From an uncultured delta proteobacterium (GTDB taxonomy: Bacteria; Myxococcota_A; Polyangia; Polyangiales; B10-G4): 64,000 bases of DNA. The notes below the pieces were generated by a model, which was not told the DNA's origin, ran no database searches, and saw only the letters and a list, made by a program, of their open reading frames with translations. This document shows positions 1 to 9,246 of the stretch, piece by piece (the first letter of the stretch is position 1; the number at the start of each line of letters is the position of its first letter). A program made the translations under genes and the position numbers. The stretch lies in the NCBI GenBank assembly GCA_963727445.1, contig CAVSGI010000010.1, positions 448,001 to 512,000 on the forward strand, given 5' to 3'.

Positions 1-2018
1 GTCACCACGAGAAGGGTCCAGGTCGCATCTTCGGCGAGGAGCACGCCGAGCAGCTCTTCGCAGGTCTCGGCGTCGAGCCCGTCCAAGGCGCCGTCGATGA
101 CCAACAGGGCCGGGTCGCCTGCCACCGCACGGGCCACGACCAGACGCAGCGCGTGGGACGGAGACAGCGGCGCGCCTCCCGGCATCAGTCGGGTGTGAAT
201 CCCGTCTTCGAGGCGGCTCACCTCTTCGCCGAGGCCGACCCGATCGAGCGCCGCGCGTGCGCGCGTGACGTCGACGCCGCGACGACCGAAGGCGACGTTG
301 TCGAAGACGGTACCAGCCACCACGTCCGCGCCCCGGACGAGCGCAGCCCGCGCGCGGAGACCCTCGGCGTCGAGATCGTCGAGGTCCACGCCATCGATGT
401 TCACCCGCCGATCGCCGTCGCGATGGAGCCCGAGGATCGCGTCCACGATCGGGCTCTGGCCCGCGTCTCGGTCGACCAGCAGGGCCCTGTCACCAGGGGC
501 CAGCGCGAGTTCGCGGGTCTCGACGCGCGCGCCTCGGGGGTCGTTCGCGACACAGGGAGCGCTCCCGCCGGACTCCATGGGGAGGTCGACGAGACGCCCG
601 ATCTTCTCGAGGGCGGCGAGGAGGTCGTAGACCGTCTCGAGGTGCTTGCCGACCTTGGCGAAGGAGGCGACGACCATCGTCACAATCAGCTCCGCCGCGA
701 CGAGCTGCCCGAGGGTGAGCTGCCGGTCGATCACGAGAAAGCCGCCGATGCCGAGGATGCCGGCGCTCGCGAAGGCATGGAGCGAGAGCGCACCGACCAG
801 CTGACGGAAGACGACGCGGAAGTGGCGCTCGCGACTCTGGATGTAGTCGGCAGCGAGCACATCGGCGCGATCGCGCGCGAGCGCCGGGCCGCCGGCGAGC
901 TTGAAGGTCGCGGGATGGCGCGCGACCTCCTCGAGCCAGCCTGCGACGGCGTACTTGGCCTTCGATTCGGCGACCGCGGTGTGGGTGGCGCCGCGCCCGA
1001 GGCCGAAGAGGATGACGCAGACGAGCAGGATCAGGATCACGTCGAAGGCCAACAGGAGCGGGTGGTAGAAGGCCAGCACCAGCATCCCGACCGCGGCGGT
1101 CAGCACCACCTCGAGGCCGCCGATGAGCAGCGAGGATGCGGCCTTCTGGATGGTGAAGACGTCGAAGAAGCGGTTGAGCAGCTCGGGCCCGTGGGCACGG
1201 GAAAAGGCCGACAGAGAAACCCGCGGCAGGCGGTGCGACAAATCGTCGACCAGCGAGACGAAGATGCGCCGCTGCAGGATCTCCACCACCCACGCCTGTA
1301 GTGCCCGGAGCACGCCCGCGAACGCGAGGCCGGCGAGCAGGAGGACGCTGAGGACGAGGACCGGTTGGAGCAGCGTTCCGAAGGCGACGGTGTTGACGAG
1401 GGCCTGAACCGCGATCGGCGTGGCCAGAGTGAGGAGGCCTGCACCGACGGCGTAGAGCAGCACCACCACGATGTCCTGCCGCTCTCGCGTCACCAGGCGC
1501 TGTAGTCGAAGCCAGGGCGAGGTCGGATGGCTCGACGTCGGCCCGTCATTCGCGGGCAGAAGCGACGGCGGATCGATGGCCAACCAGCGAATGGTTCCGG
1601 CGGCGTCCTCCGGCAAGAGGGCGTGGAGCCCGTCTCGGGACAGGACTCTGGGCTCGGCGCTCGCCCAGGTCTCGACCTCGGTGCCAAAGCCCTGGCGGCC
1701 GACGACCAGGATCCAGCCCCCGCTGTCGTCGACTGCGACCGCCGGGTGCTCCGGACCCACCGAGGCGCGAAGATCCGCGACCGTCCCTTCGAACATCCGC
1801 GCGCGAAGGCCGAGATCGGTGACGGCGCGCTCCACCGTGGTGAGCGGATGCGCCTCCATCCAGCGTTCGGCGCGCGTGACCGCTCGCCGAATGGCTTCGA
1901 GAGTAGGCGTCGCCCCCGCTCGATCCGCGACCCGTTCGAGGAGGGTCTGTAGCCAATCGCGGTCGAGACCAAGCGAGGGCCGAGAGCCGTCACTTCCCGT
2001 GCTACCGAGTGATTCCAT
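1..2018 (-). CDS. Type I secretion-like ABC transporter permease/ATP-binding subunit with degenerate NBD; runs off the left edge
   Basis: Translated by hand because it is absent from the ORF track: MESLGSTG...RERQDIVVVLLYAVGAGLLTLATPIAVQALVNTVAFG (ABC transmembrane domain)...GTVFDNVAFG...LSPSH...LLVIDG (NBD). GAGGTG SD lies upstream. Confidence 0.85.
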   Translation of the reverse strand, partial: MESLGSTGSDGSRPSLGLDRDWLQTLLERVADRAGATPTLEAIRRAVTRAERWMEAHPLTTVERAVTDLGLRARMFEGTVADLRASVGPEHPAVAVDDSGGWILVVGRQGFGTEVETWASAEPRVLSRDGLHALLPEDAAGTIRWLAIDPPSLLPANDGPTSSHPTSPWLRLQRLVTRERQDIVVVLLYAVGAGLLTLATPIAVQALVNTVAFGTLLQPVLVLSVLLLAGLAFAGVLRALQAWVVEILQRRIFVSLVDDLSHRLPRVSLSAFSRAHGPELLNRFFDVFTIQKAASSLLIGGLEVVLTAAVGMLVLAFYHPLLLAFDVILILLVCVILFGLGRGATHTAVAESKAKYAVAGWLEEVARHPATFKLAGGPALARDRADVLAADYIQSRERHFRVVFRQLVGALSLHAFASAGILGIGGFLVIDRQLTLGQLVAAELIVTMVVASFAKVGKHLETVYDLLAALEKIGRLVDLPMESGGSAPCVANDPRGARVETRELALAPGDRALLVDRDAGQSPIVDAILGLHRDGDRRVNIDGVDLDDLDAEGLRARAALVRGADVVAGTVFDNVAFGRRGVDVTRARAALDRVGLGEEVSRLEDGIHTRLMPGGAPLSPSHALRLVVARAVAGDPALLVIDGALDGLDAETCEELLGVLLAEDATWTLLVV

Positions 2019-2049
2019 CACCGGGTACACCTCTAAGGCTCGCCAACGA

Positions 2050-2096
2050 TGCGAACAAATCGATAATATGGAGATTGATATTCGAAAAAAACGAAT
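2050..2096. promoter_or_regulatory. Two LysR/NhaR-type boxes in the divergent intergenic region
   Basis: ATTCG-AAAAAAA-CGAAT dyad at 2080-2096 and imperfect TGCG-AACAAAT-CGAT at 2050-2064, 31 bp apart, in an AT-rich patch next to nhaR. Confidence 0.6.
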
Positions 2097-2109
2097 CTAG
2101 GGTTGGCCC

Positions 2110-3012
2110 GTGGCGTGGCTGAACTATCACCACCTCTTCTATTTCTGGACCGTTGCCGAAGAGGGGTCGGTCACGGCGGCCGCGCAGACTTTGCGACTCT
2201 CTCAGCCCACGATCAGCGGCCAGGTGAAGATGCTTGAGGAAGCGCTGGGCGAGAAGCTCTTCCGGCGTTCGGGTAGAAACCTCGAGCTCACCGAGATGGG
2301 AAAGGTCGCGCATCGCTACGCCGGCGAGATCTTCGGGCTCGGGCGCGAGATGCAGGACGTCATCGCGGGGCGTACCGCGCGCGCTCCTCAGAAGCTGACG
2401 ATCGGCGTCAGCGATCTGGTCCCGAAGCTCGTCCTGCACCGCCTGATCGAACCGGCGCTCACGATGGACGAGAGCGTGCGCGTGGTCTGCCGCGAGGACA
2501 AGACCGAACGCCTCCTCGCCGAGCTTTCGGTCCACGATCTCGATCTGGTGATCGCTGAGGAGCCCATCGCCGGGCATGCGAGCGTTCGAGCTTTCAACCA
2601 CCTCCTCGGTGAGACCGACGTCGGCTTCTTCGCGACGGCCAAGCTCGCGCGGAAGTACGAGCGCAACTTCCCCTCCTCACTCGACGGAGCGCCGCTGCTC
2701 GTGCCCACCGAGAACACGCTTCTGAGGCGCGCGCTCGAGCACTGGTTCTCCGATCTCGACATCCGCCCGCAGATCGTGGCCGAGTTCGAAGACAGTGCGC
2801 TCCTGAAGGCCTTCGGTGCCGAGGGCGCGGGCATCTTCCCTGGCCCGAGCGCCTTCGCCGACGAGATCTGCGACGCGTATCGCGTCAGACCGGTCGGATC
2901 GACCCACGGTGTGGTCGAGCGCTTCTACGCCATCACCGTCGAGCGCCGCATCAAGCACCCCGCGGTGCAGCTGATCAGCGCCAACGCCAAAGAGCGCCTC
3001 TTCCCCGTCTAG
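2110..3012 (+). CDS. nhaR: LysR-family transcriptional activator, NhaR-like
   Basis: N-terminus WLNYHHLFYFW...LSQPTISGQVKMLEE; EFEDSALLKAFG; ERRIKHPAV. Confidence 0.9.
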   Translation: MAWLNYHHLFYFWTVAEEGSVTAAAQTLRLSQPTISGQVKMLEEALGEKLFRRSGRNLELTEMGKVAHRYAGEIFGLGREMQDVIAGRTARAPQKLTIGVSDLVPKLVLHRLIEPALTMDESVRVVCREDKTERLLAELSVHDLDLVIAEEPIAGHASVRAFNHLLGETDVGFFATAKLARKYERNFPSSLDGAPLLVPTENTLLRRALEHWFSDLDIRPQIVAEFEDSALLKAFGAEGAGIFPGPSAFADEICDAYRVRPVGSTHGVVERFYAITVERRIKHPAVQLISANAKERLFPV

Positions 3013-3023
3013 GAGGGGACGCG

Positions 3024-3322
3024 GGGGACGCTAGATTGACAATTGACTTTCGCCCGTGGAGCGGGGGGAGAGAGGGGGACGCTAGATTGACAATTGACTT
3101 TCGCCCGTGGAGCGGAGGGAGAGAGGGGACGCTAGATTGACAATTGACTTTCGCCCGTGGTGCGGGTGCCTTTTTCCTAAATCGCTTGGTGGGGGCGAAA
3201 GTCAATTGTCAATCTAGCGTCCCCAGGGATTCGCTTGGTGGGGGCGAAAGTCAATTGTCAATCTAGCGTCCCCAGGGATTCGCTTGGTGGGGGCGAAAGT
3301 CAATTGTCAATCTAGCGTCCCC
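3024..3322. repeat. Array of three direct plus three inverted copies of the GGGGACGCTAGATTGACAATTGACTTTCGCCC repeat; putative non-autonomous element
   Basis: Forward 36-bp copies at 3024-3059, 3075-3110 and 3125-3160. Reverse-complement 32-bp copies at 3193-3224, 3242-3273 and 3291-3322 (49-bp period). Same motif as the transposase ends at 39559 and 40523-40613. Confidence 0.95.
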
Positions 3323-4827
3323 AGGGATTCGCGGGCCATGTCGACCAGGTCCCAGTAGGGAGGTGTGTAGCCCTGCTGCTGGCGGAAGGTCTCGGCACGC
3401 CGGAGCACGCCTTCCTTCACTTTCGCATGTCGCGCGGAGAGCCACTCGGCGCGAAGCGCACGCGTCGCGCTCATGCCTTCCGGGACGGGTCCCGCGTCGC
3501 CGAAGAGGTTGAGAAGCACGCTGTAGGACTTGGCCAGCCGTGCCAGGGGGAGCATTCGGTAGTCGTAGTCGAGCTGGTCGCCGCGCTCGGCGCCTTCGAG
3601 CATGGCGTCGATGACGGCGTTGTCGACGTGGTCGTCGAAGAGCGCGTCCGGGTCACGCCACTCGGCCACCACCACCACTTTCGGATCGTATTCGAGGTCC
3701 GACGGGCCGTGCGTCACGAACTGCTCCACCCCGAAACGCGAGAGCCACGAGGTTACGCCCCGCGAGGACATGCTGGTCAGTCCCTCCCACAGATCCACGC
3801 CGAGGTCGGCGTAGGGCGCCGACGCCACTTCGGAGCAGAACATCGCGCTGTGCTCGTCGTAGCGCATGGCGAAGTCGTAAGGCACGTGGCGCGCGCGCGC
3901 TTCGGCGAGGGCGGCCTCGGCGGCGCGGTGCGGCAGCATGGGATCGTCGACCATCGCGTCCAGGTCGTGCGCGAGGCGCAGCACCATGACCCGCAGCTTC
4001 TCGTCGGCGAGGTAGGTCTCGAGGGAGGAGACGGTGACGCCCACTTCGATGTGTGCCTCGATCACGCGCGCTTCGCCGTCCTCGCCGACGTGCAGGAGCG
4101 CGATGTGCGAGAAGTTGCCTGGGTAGTCGTTTCCGCGCGCGATCAAGGCGCTGGTGGGTGCGCCGCCACGCGACACCAGGATGTCTCCGCTGTGCACCTC
4201 GATGCCGAGGAGCTCGGCGGCGGGCGTGCGCGAGGGCTCGGGGGTACCCATGACCACCGGCGAGAGCGCCGAGCGATCCATCTGGAGCATCACCTCTTCG
4301 ATCGCGGTGCGGCTCCCGTAGAGGAGGCGATAGATGCGCCGGCGCGCCACCGCTTCCGACACGTCCCACTCGCGGCTGGTCCTCTTGAGCGCGGCGCGCA
4401 GTCGAACGACCCGCTGCACGAGCTCTTCGCTCCGCGCGGGACAGGCGGCGACGAGGGGCGCCGCCGAAAAGACGTGCTCCAAGATCGCGTCGAGCCGCGG
4501 ATCGCTCGGTCCGTAGCCGCCTCCTTCGAGCCACAGGACATCGGCCGAGAGCGCGGATAGATGCGAGGTGATGGGCGCCTCCGCGCGCACGCAGCCAGCG
4601 CGCCGCGCGTCGATGAAGCGCGCTTCGAGCGCCTCCCAGAGCGCGTCTTGATCCCACACGAAAGGCTCGGCGTCGGCGGGCACGGGGGTGTCCGGCGCCG
4701 GCTCCGGTATGAGGAGGAGCGCGGCGAGGATGGCTACCAAGACGAGCGCGACGCGGAAGATCTTGCGTCGCCGGCCACGGACCCTCGACTCCGAGCCCTT
4801 CTGGCGAAGACTTTTCGCGCGCGCCAC
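3307..4827 (-). CDS. Permuted papain-like amidase (YiiX/YebB-like NlpC/P60 family), membrane-anchored
   Basis: GDILVSRG...FSHIAL...VIEA...PYDF...FCSEV (His-before-Cys order) and an N-terminal TM helix. Start uncertain (GTG at 4827). The stop codon lies inside the repeat. Confidence 0.75.
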   Translation of the reverse strand: MARAKSLRQKGSESRVRGRRRKIFRVALVLVAILAALLLIPEPAPDTPVPADAEPFVWDQDALWEALEARFIDARRAGCVRAEAPITSHLSALSADVLWLEGGGYGPSDPRLDAILEHVFSAAPLVAACPARSEELVQRVVRLRAALKRTSREWDVSEAVARRRIYRLLYGSRTAIEEVMLQMDRSALSPVVMGTPEPSRTPAAELLGIEVHSGDILVSRGGAPTSALIARGNDYPGNFSHIALLHVGEDGEARVIEAHIEVGVTVSSLETYLADEKLRVMVLRLAHDLDAMVDDPMLPHRAAEAALAEARARHVPYDFAMRYDEHSAMFCSEVASAPYADLGVDLWEGLTSMSSRGVTSWLSRFGVEQFVTHGPSDLEYDPKVVVVAEWRDPDALFDDHVDNAVIDAMLEGAERGDQLDYDYRMLPLARLAKSYSVLLNLFGDAGPVPEGMSATRALRAEWLSARHAKVKEGVLRRAETFRQQQGYTPPYWDLVDMARESLGTLD

Positions 4828-4933
4828 GAGGCGCCCATCATACAGCCTCGCCCGCGTCCAGCCGCGACCTCCGCGCAGAGCGTAGCCATCGTTGACGGCT
4901 CGGACCCTTCCCGCGTAAAGCAAGGGTTTGTCG

Positions 4934-6089
4934 ATGCTGGCCCGGCGCGTCTGTCTGATCACCCTCGCCACGGCCTCGTGGGCGATGCCCGTGAGCCTGA
5001 AGGCCCAGGACGCGGGCGCTGACGCAGGCGTGGTGAGCGTGTCGTCGGCCGATTCGGGACCGGAGACGGACGCCGCGACGCAGACGGAGGCGGACGCGGC
5101 GACGGAGACGGACGCGGCGACGGAAACGGACGCGGAAACGGCGACGGAGACGGAGACGGACGCGGCGACGGAGACGGACGCGGCGACGGAGACTGCCGCC
5201 CCCGTCGCAGACGTCGACGAGACGATCGAAGGGACCGTCGTCGAGACCGAGCCCGCGCTTCCCGAGCCGATGATGCCCCGCCTGACCTGGGAGCCGAAGT
5301 GGGGACGATTCGGGCGTCCTGAACTATCTGATGGTCGGCACCTCCGCCGTCATCGCCGGGCTCAACATGGGCATCGGGCCGCGCTCGGACAATCCGACCC
5401 AGGGCGGCGTGCTCTTCGACGAGGGCGCGCGCAACACCCTCCGCGTGGGGAACGAGCTCGGCCGCGAGACGGCGCGCGACGTCAGTGACGTCCTGCTCAC
5501 CTTCCTGACCAGCTATCCGACCCTGGTCGACGCGCTCCTGGTCGCGGCGTGGATGCACGACTCCGCCGACGTCGCGGTGCAGATGATCCTGATGCACGCC
5601 GAGGTCGTCACCTTCATCCTCGCGCTGCAGACCACCGCCAACGTCCTCATGAGCCGAGAGCGTCCCTACGCCCGCACCTGCGGCGGGCCCGGCGCCGACG
5701 ACCTGCCGGGAGACGCCGGGCTCTGTAACGGGAGCGTTCGTTACTACAGCTTCTTCAGCGGCCACACGTCTCAGTCCTTCGCCAGCGCGGCGCTCGTCTG
5801 CATGAACCACGCGTACCTCGACCTCTACGGAGGCGGCGTCGCGGACGCGATCCCCTGCGTGTCGAGCCTCGTCCTCGCCGGCGTCACCGGTCTGCTGCGG
5901 ATCATGGGGGACATGCACTACGCGACCGACGTCATCACCGGCGCCATCATGGGTACCGGCGTCGGTCTGCTACTTCCGTACCTCTTGCACTACGGCCACG
6001 ACGACGCCCCGCTCACCATCGAGAACGAGCACGTCTCGGTCTCCTTCCTGCCGACGCCCGTCGGCGCCAGCATCTTCGGGAGCTTCTGA
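4934..6089 (+). CDS. PAP2-family phosphatase with acidic ETDAAT low-complexity N-terminus; +1 frameshift at about 5312-5314
   Basis: RERPY, SFFSGH and RIMGDMHYATDV motifs. Removing one G from GGG at 5312-5314 joins ORFs 4928 and 5331 (FGVLNYLMVG). Confidence 0.75.
5063..5199 (+). repeat. Intragenic degenerate 18-bp tandem repeat encoding ETDAAT
   Basis: GAGACGGACGCGGCGACG repeated with variants. Confidence 0.8.
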
Positions 6090-7048
6090 TGCGGCTCCTC
6101 GTATGGATGTTGCTGTTGTTGCTGACGCCGACGATGGCGCTCGCTCAGGACGGGGCGGGGGCTGAGACGGAGACGGATTCGGAGGCGGATTCGGAGACGG
6201 AGACGGGCGCGGGCACGGGCACGGATGCCGACATGTACGTCGAGTCCTCCACGCGCCCGATTCGCGAGCCGTCGATGGGCGACGTCTTCCTCCCAATCTC
6301 CTCCGAGCGTCTCCGGTACTGGCAGCGAGGGGAGCCGCGGTGGTTCGTGGGGGGCATCGTCGACTTCGGTTACCTCTATCTCCGTCCCAGCTTTCAGGTC
6401 GGTTACGGGCGGCCCCACTGGAGCTGGGTCGGGCTCGAGCTCGAGCCGCTGATCAGCACGAGCTACATAGGCGGCTACCTCGGACTTCACGCGGCGCTTC
6501 CTTTCATCGAGCTCCGCGTGGGCGGGCGCTACGTCTTCACATTCTCGCAGAGCTACCTCGCTCCCAGGCAGAGCTACGCGCCCCTCGATCTCGAATCGAG
6601 CGCCGGACCTCCCTCGCGCTCGCTGGCGCTCCAGGCGCAGCTCGTGCTCAAGATCCCCCTGGGGCCCGGCGATTTTCGCTCCGTGATCACCGGGACCTAC
6701 CTCGCCCTCGTCGACGACGGCTTCTACGTCTACGACAACATCCTGCGTCTGGTGGCCGCGCCGCCGTGGAACTGGGGAGCCACGGCTGGCTATCGAATCA
6801 GCTTCGGGCCGAACGCGTCGATGTACGTGCAGCCGATGGCCGAGCTCGTTCACCTCGTGGAGCGGCAGGCGTTCATCGTGCGCGCGGGCGCTGCCGTGGG
6901 CGCGCAGCTCTGGCCGGATCTCGAGCTGCGCCTGCGCGTCCTACCGCAGGTCTATGGGCCCGATCCTCTCGGTGGAAAGGGCGGGTACACGATCCAGTTC
7001 GGAATCCGTTATCGTTTCGCCACGGATGCGCCGAACTTCGAAGATTGA
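6089..7048 (+). CDS. Hypothetical exported protein, probable outer-membrane beta-barrel
   Basis: Signal peptide, alternating aromatic/Gly beta strands, and a TGATG overlap with the upstream stop. Confidence 0.6.
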   Translation: MRLLVWMLLLLLTPTMALAQDGAGAETETDSEADSETETGAGTGTDADMYVESSTRPIREPSMGDVFLPISSERLRYWQRGEPRWFVGGIVDFGYLYLRPSFQVGYGRPHWSWVGLELEPLISTSYIGGYLGLHAALPFIELRVGGRYVFTFSQSYLAPRQSYAPLDLESSAGPPSRSLALQAQLVLKIPLGPGDFRSVITGTYLALVDDGFYVYDNILRLVAAPPWNWGATAGYRISFGPNASMYVQPMAELVHLVERQAFIVRAGAAVGAQLWPDLELRLRVLPQVYGPDPLGGKGGYTIQFGIRYRFATDAPNFED

Positions 7049-8162
7049 GCTGATCTCGCTCGTCCTGCTCGCGGGCGGGTGTGGGGGCGCGAGCGAGAGC
7101 CCCCGACCCGCGCTCAGGGACGACGAGGTCGCGGACCAGCGCGAGGCGCGGCGGCGCTCCGAGTTTCGCGAGGTGACCACCGGCGCCGCCCATTCCTGCG
7201 CGATCAGCGTGGAGGGGACCGTCGCCTGCTGGGGCGACAACGCCCTCGGCCAGCTCGGGGACGGAACGGAGGAGGAGCGGCTCACGCCGGTGTGGGTCGA
7301 GCGGATCGACAACGCCATCGACGTGGACGCGGGCATGTCCTCGACCTGCGCGCTGCACGAGGGAGGGGGCGCGAGCTGCTGGGGCGGGAGCGCGAGCGCT
7401 CTTCGGCCGCCGACCGCGCTCGAGGGCATCCACGGCGTCATCCGTTCGATCGCCGTCGGCCGCACCGTGTGTGCCATCGATCTGCCCGGGCGCGTCTTCT
7501 GTTGGCCCAACGCGGAGGGCATCGCTTCGGGCCGCCCCGTCGAGCTCGCGCCGCGCAATCCCGCGCGCTACCTCGACGTGGGCCTGGACTGGCTGTGCAC
7601 CCTCTCCGGCCCCGACGACGGGCAGTGCTTCACCTTCAGCGCGGCCGAAGACGATCCCGAGCGTCTCACCTTCGGCGAAGACGACGTGGTGCTCGAGCTC
7701 GACGACGTGCGCCAGCTCGCGGTGAGCGGACATCAGGCCTGCGCCACCGGCCACGGCCGCGCCGTGTGCTGGGGGCACAACGATCACGGTCAGCTGGGAA
7801 CCGGCGATCTCGAGGCGCGTGTGCAGCCCGTGCGCATTCTCGACGGGGTCGACGTCACGCACGTCACCACCGGCTGGCAGCACAGCTGCGCGACCACCGC
7901 CGCGGGCGGCGTGAAGTGCTGGGGCGACAACAGCTTCGGCCAGCTCGGCGACGGGACCATGGAGCAGCGGACCGAGCCGGTCGACGTGATCGGTCTCGAA
8001 CAAGGCGTTGTGCGGGTCGCTGCCGGGCGCGGTCATACCTGCGCCGTGACCATCGGCCGCGAGGTCTACTGCTGGGGGCAGAACGATCACGGTCAGCTCG
8101 GCGACGGCACGCGGGCGCTCCGGACGACGCCGGTCGCCGTCGACGTGAGCTCACTCCGCTGA
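7026..8162 (+). CDS. RCC1-repeat lipoprotein
   Basis: Lipobox LAGGC; repeated HSCA...CWGDNxxGQLGDG. Confidence 0.9.
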   Translation: MRRTSKIELISLVLLAGGCGGASESPRPALRDDEVADQREARRRSEFREVTTGAAHSCAISVEGTVACWGDNALGQLGDGTEEERLTPVWVERIDNAIDVDAGMSSTCALHEGGGASCWGGSASALRPPTALEGIHGVIRSIAVGRTVCAIDLPGRVFCWPNAEGIASGRPVELAPRNPARYLDVGLDWLCTLSGPDDGQCFTFSAAEDDPERLTFGEDDVVLELDDVRQLAVSGHQACATGHGRAVCWGHNDHGQLGTGDLEARVQPVRILDGVDVTHVTTGWQHSCATTAAGGVKCWGDNSFGQLGDGTMEQRTEPVDVIGLEQGVVRVAAGRGHTCAVTIGREVYCWGQNDHGQLGDGTRALRTTPVAVDVSSLR

Positions 8163-9242
8163 GGTTTCCTCTTCGCTCTCGGCCGGCTCATCGGGGGTCC
8201 CCGCGGTCTCGGCGGGCGCGGATGTCCCGCTCCCGACCGGGAACGCGACCGGGATGGTGAGGTCGCCAATCTGGATCTCCAGGCGGCACTCGCCATCGGT
8301 GAGCGCGTCCACGCGGTAGACCCCGTCGCCGTACACGTCCTCGAGGTTCTCGGTTTCACAGACCGCCGGATCGAGCGCCACCAAGGAGGCGCGCCCGACC
8401 AGTCCGAAGAGGCGCGTGCCGTCGGTGCGCTTGGACCAGACGCTGACCAGGGTCCGCCGTCCGGGCTCCATGCCGTCGAGCGGCATCTCGCCACCCTCCG
8501 GATCGATCGCCGACACACCCCAGGTGTCATCCTCGGCTGCGTCGACGATCGGGAAGGTCACCGGATGACCTCCCAGGGGGCGAAGCGTCACCTCCTCCGC
8601 GTCCTGCTCGAGGTGGACGTCGACGCGCTCCACGTCGCCGTCACGGATCGAGAGCCGCGCCGCGCGCGGCGGATCGACGCGCACCGGGAGCGCCGCGCCG
8701 TACCCGCCGAGGACGCGGTGCGCCATGTCCCGTCGGGTCATACCGAAGCGCGCGATGCCGCCGCGCACGAAGGCGACCTGCGCGCCTTCCGGGAGCCGGT
8801 CCCAGACGAAGTGGTCGAGCTCGACCAGCGCGGGCTCCGCGACGTGGATCTGAAAGGTGCGGGTGCCGTGATCGGTCTGAAAGGTGACGTCGACGGTTCC
8901 TGGCCGCAGGCCCTCGATCTTCGCGTAGCTCCCGCGGAAGGAGTCGATGTGTAGGACGGTCTCGTCCGAGGAGATGGCGCTCTGAATGACCGCCGGGCTG
9001 ATGTTCTCCGCTTCCTGCGCGTAGCCGCCGCCCTCGAGGGCGCCAGGCTCGAAGATCTCGAGGTCGGCGAACATGCCGGTGGAGAGCGAGAGCTCGATGG
9101 GGCTCGCGCCGGCCACCCGCCCGCCGCCGACCCGATGTCCGATCTGCAGGGTGGTGCTCTCGGGGCCGGTGGATGCGGTCGCGCCGCACGCGGCCGCGAA
9201 GAGCGAGACGACGACGAGGGAGTACGACAGGCACTGCGTCAC
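8151..9242 (-). CDS. Hypothetical lipoprotein with Ig-like beta-rich domains
   Basis: GTG start 4 bp after the upstream stop; lipobox FAAAC. Confidence 0.65.
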   Translation of the reverse strand: MTQCLSYSLVVVSLFAAACGATASTGPESTTLQIGHRVGGGRVAGASPIELSLSTGMFADLEIFEPGALEGGGYAQEAENISPAVIQSAISSDETVLHIDSFRGSYAKIEGLRPGTVDVTFQTDHGTRTFQIHVAEPALVELDHFVWDRLPEGAQVAFVRGGIARFGMTRRDMAHRVLGGYGAALPVRVDPPRAARLSIRDGDVERVDVHLEQDAEEVTLRPLGGHPVTFPIVDAAEDDTWGVSAIDPEGGEMPLDGMEPGRRTLVSVWSKRTDGTRLFGLVGRASLVALDPAVCETENLEDVYGDGVYRVDALTDGECRLEIQIGDLTIPVAFPVGSGTSAPAETAGTPDEPAESEEETSAE

Positions 9243-9246
9243 GGGG

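Noticed and set aside
3024..3322. CRISPR array (36-bp repeats)
   Set aside because: Spacers are only about 15 bp and nearly identical, half the copies are inverted, no cas genes are present, and the same motif bounds a transposase.
5063..6230. ETDAAT and ETETDS tandem repeats as a functional array
   Set aside because: In-frame low-complexity linkers after signal peptides, common in this group.
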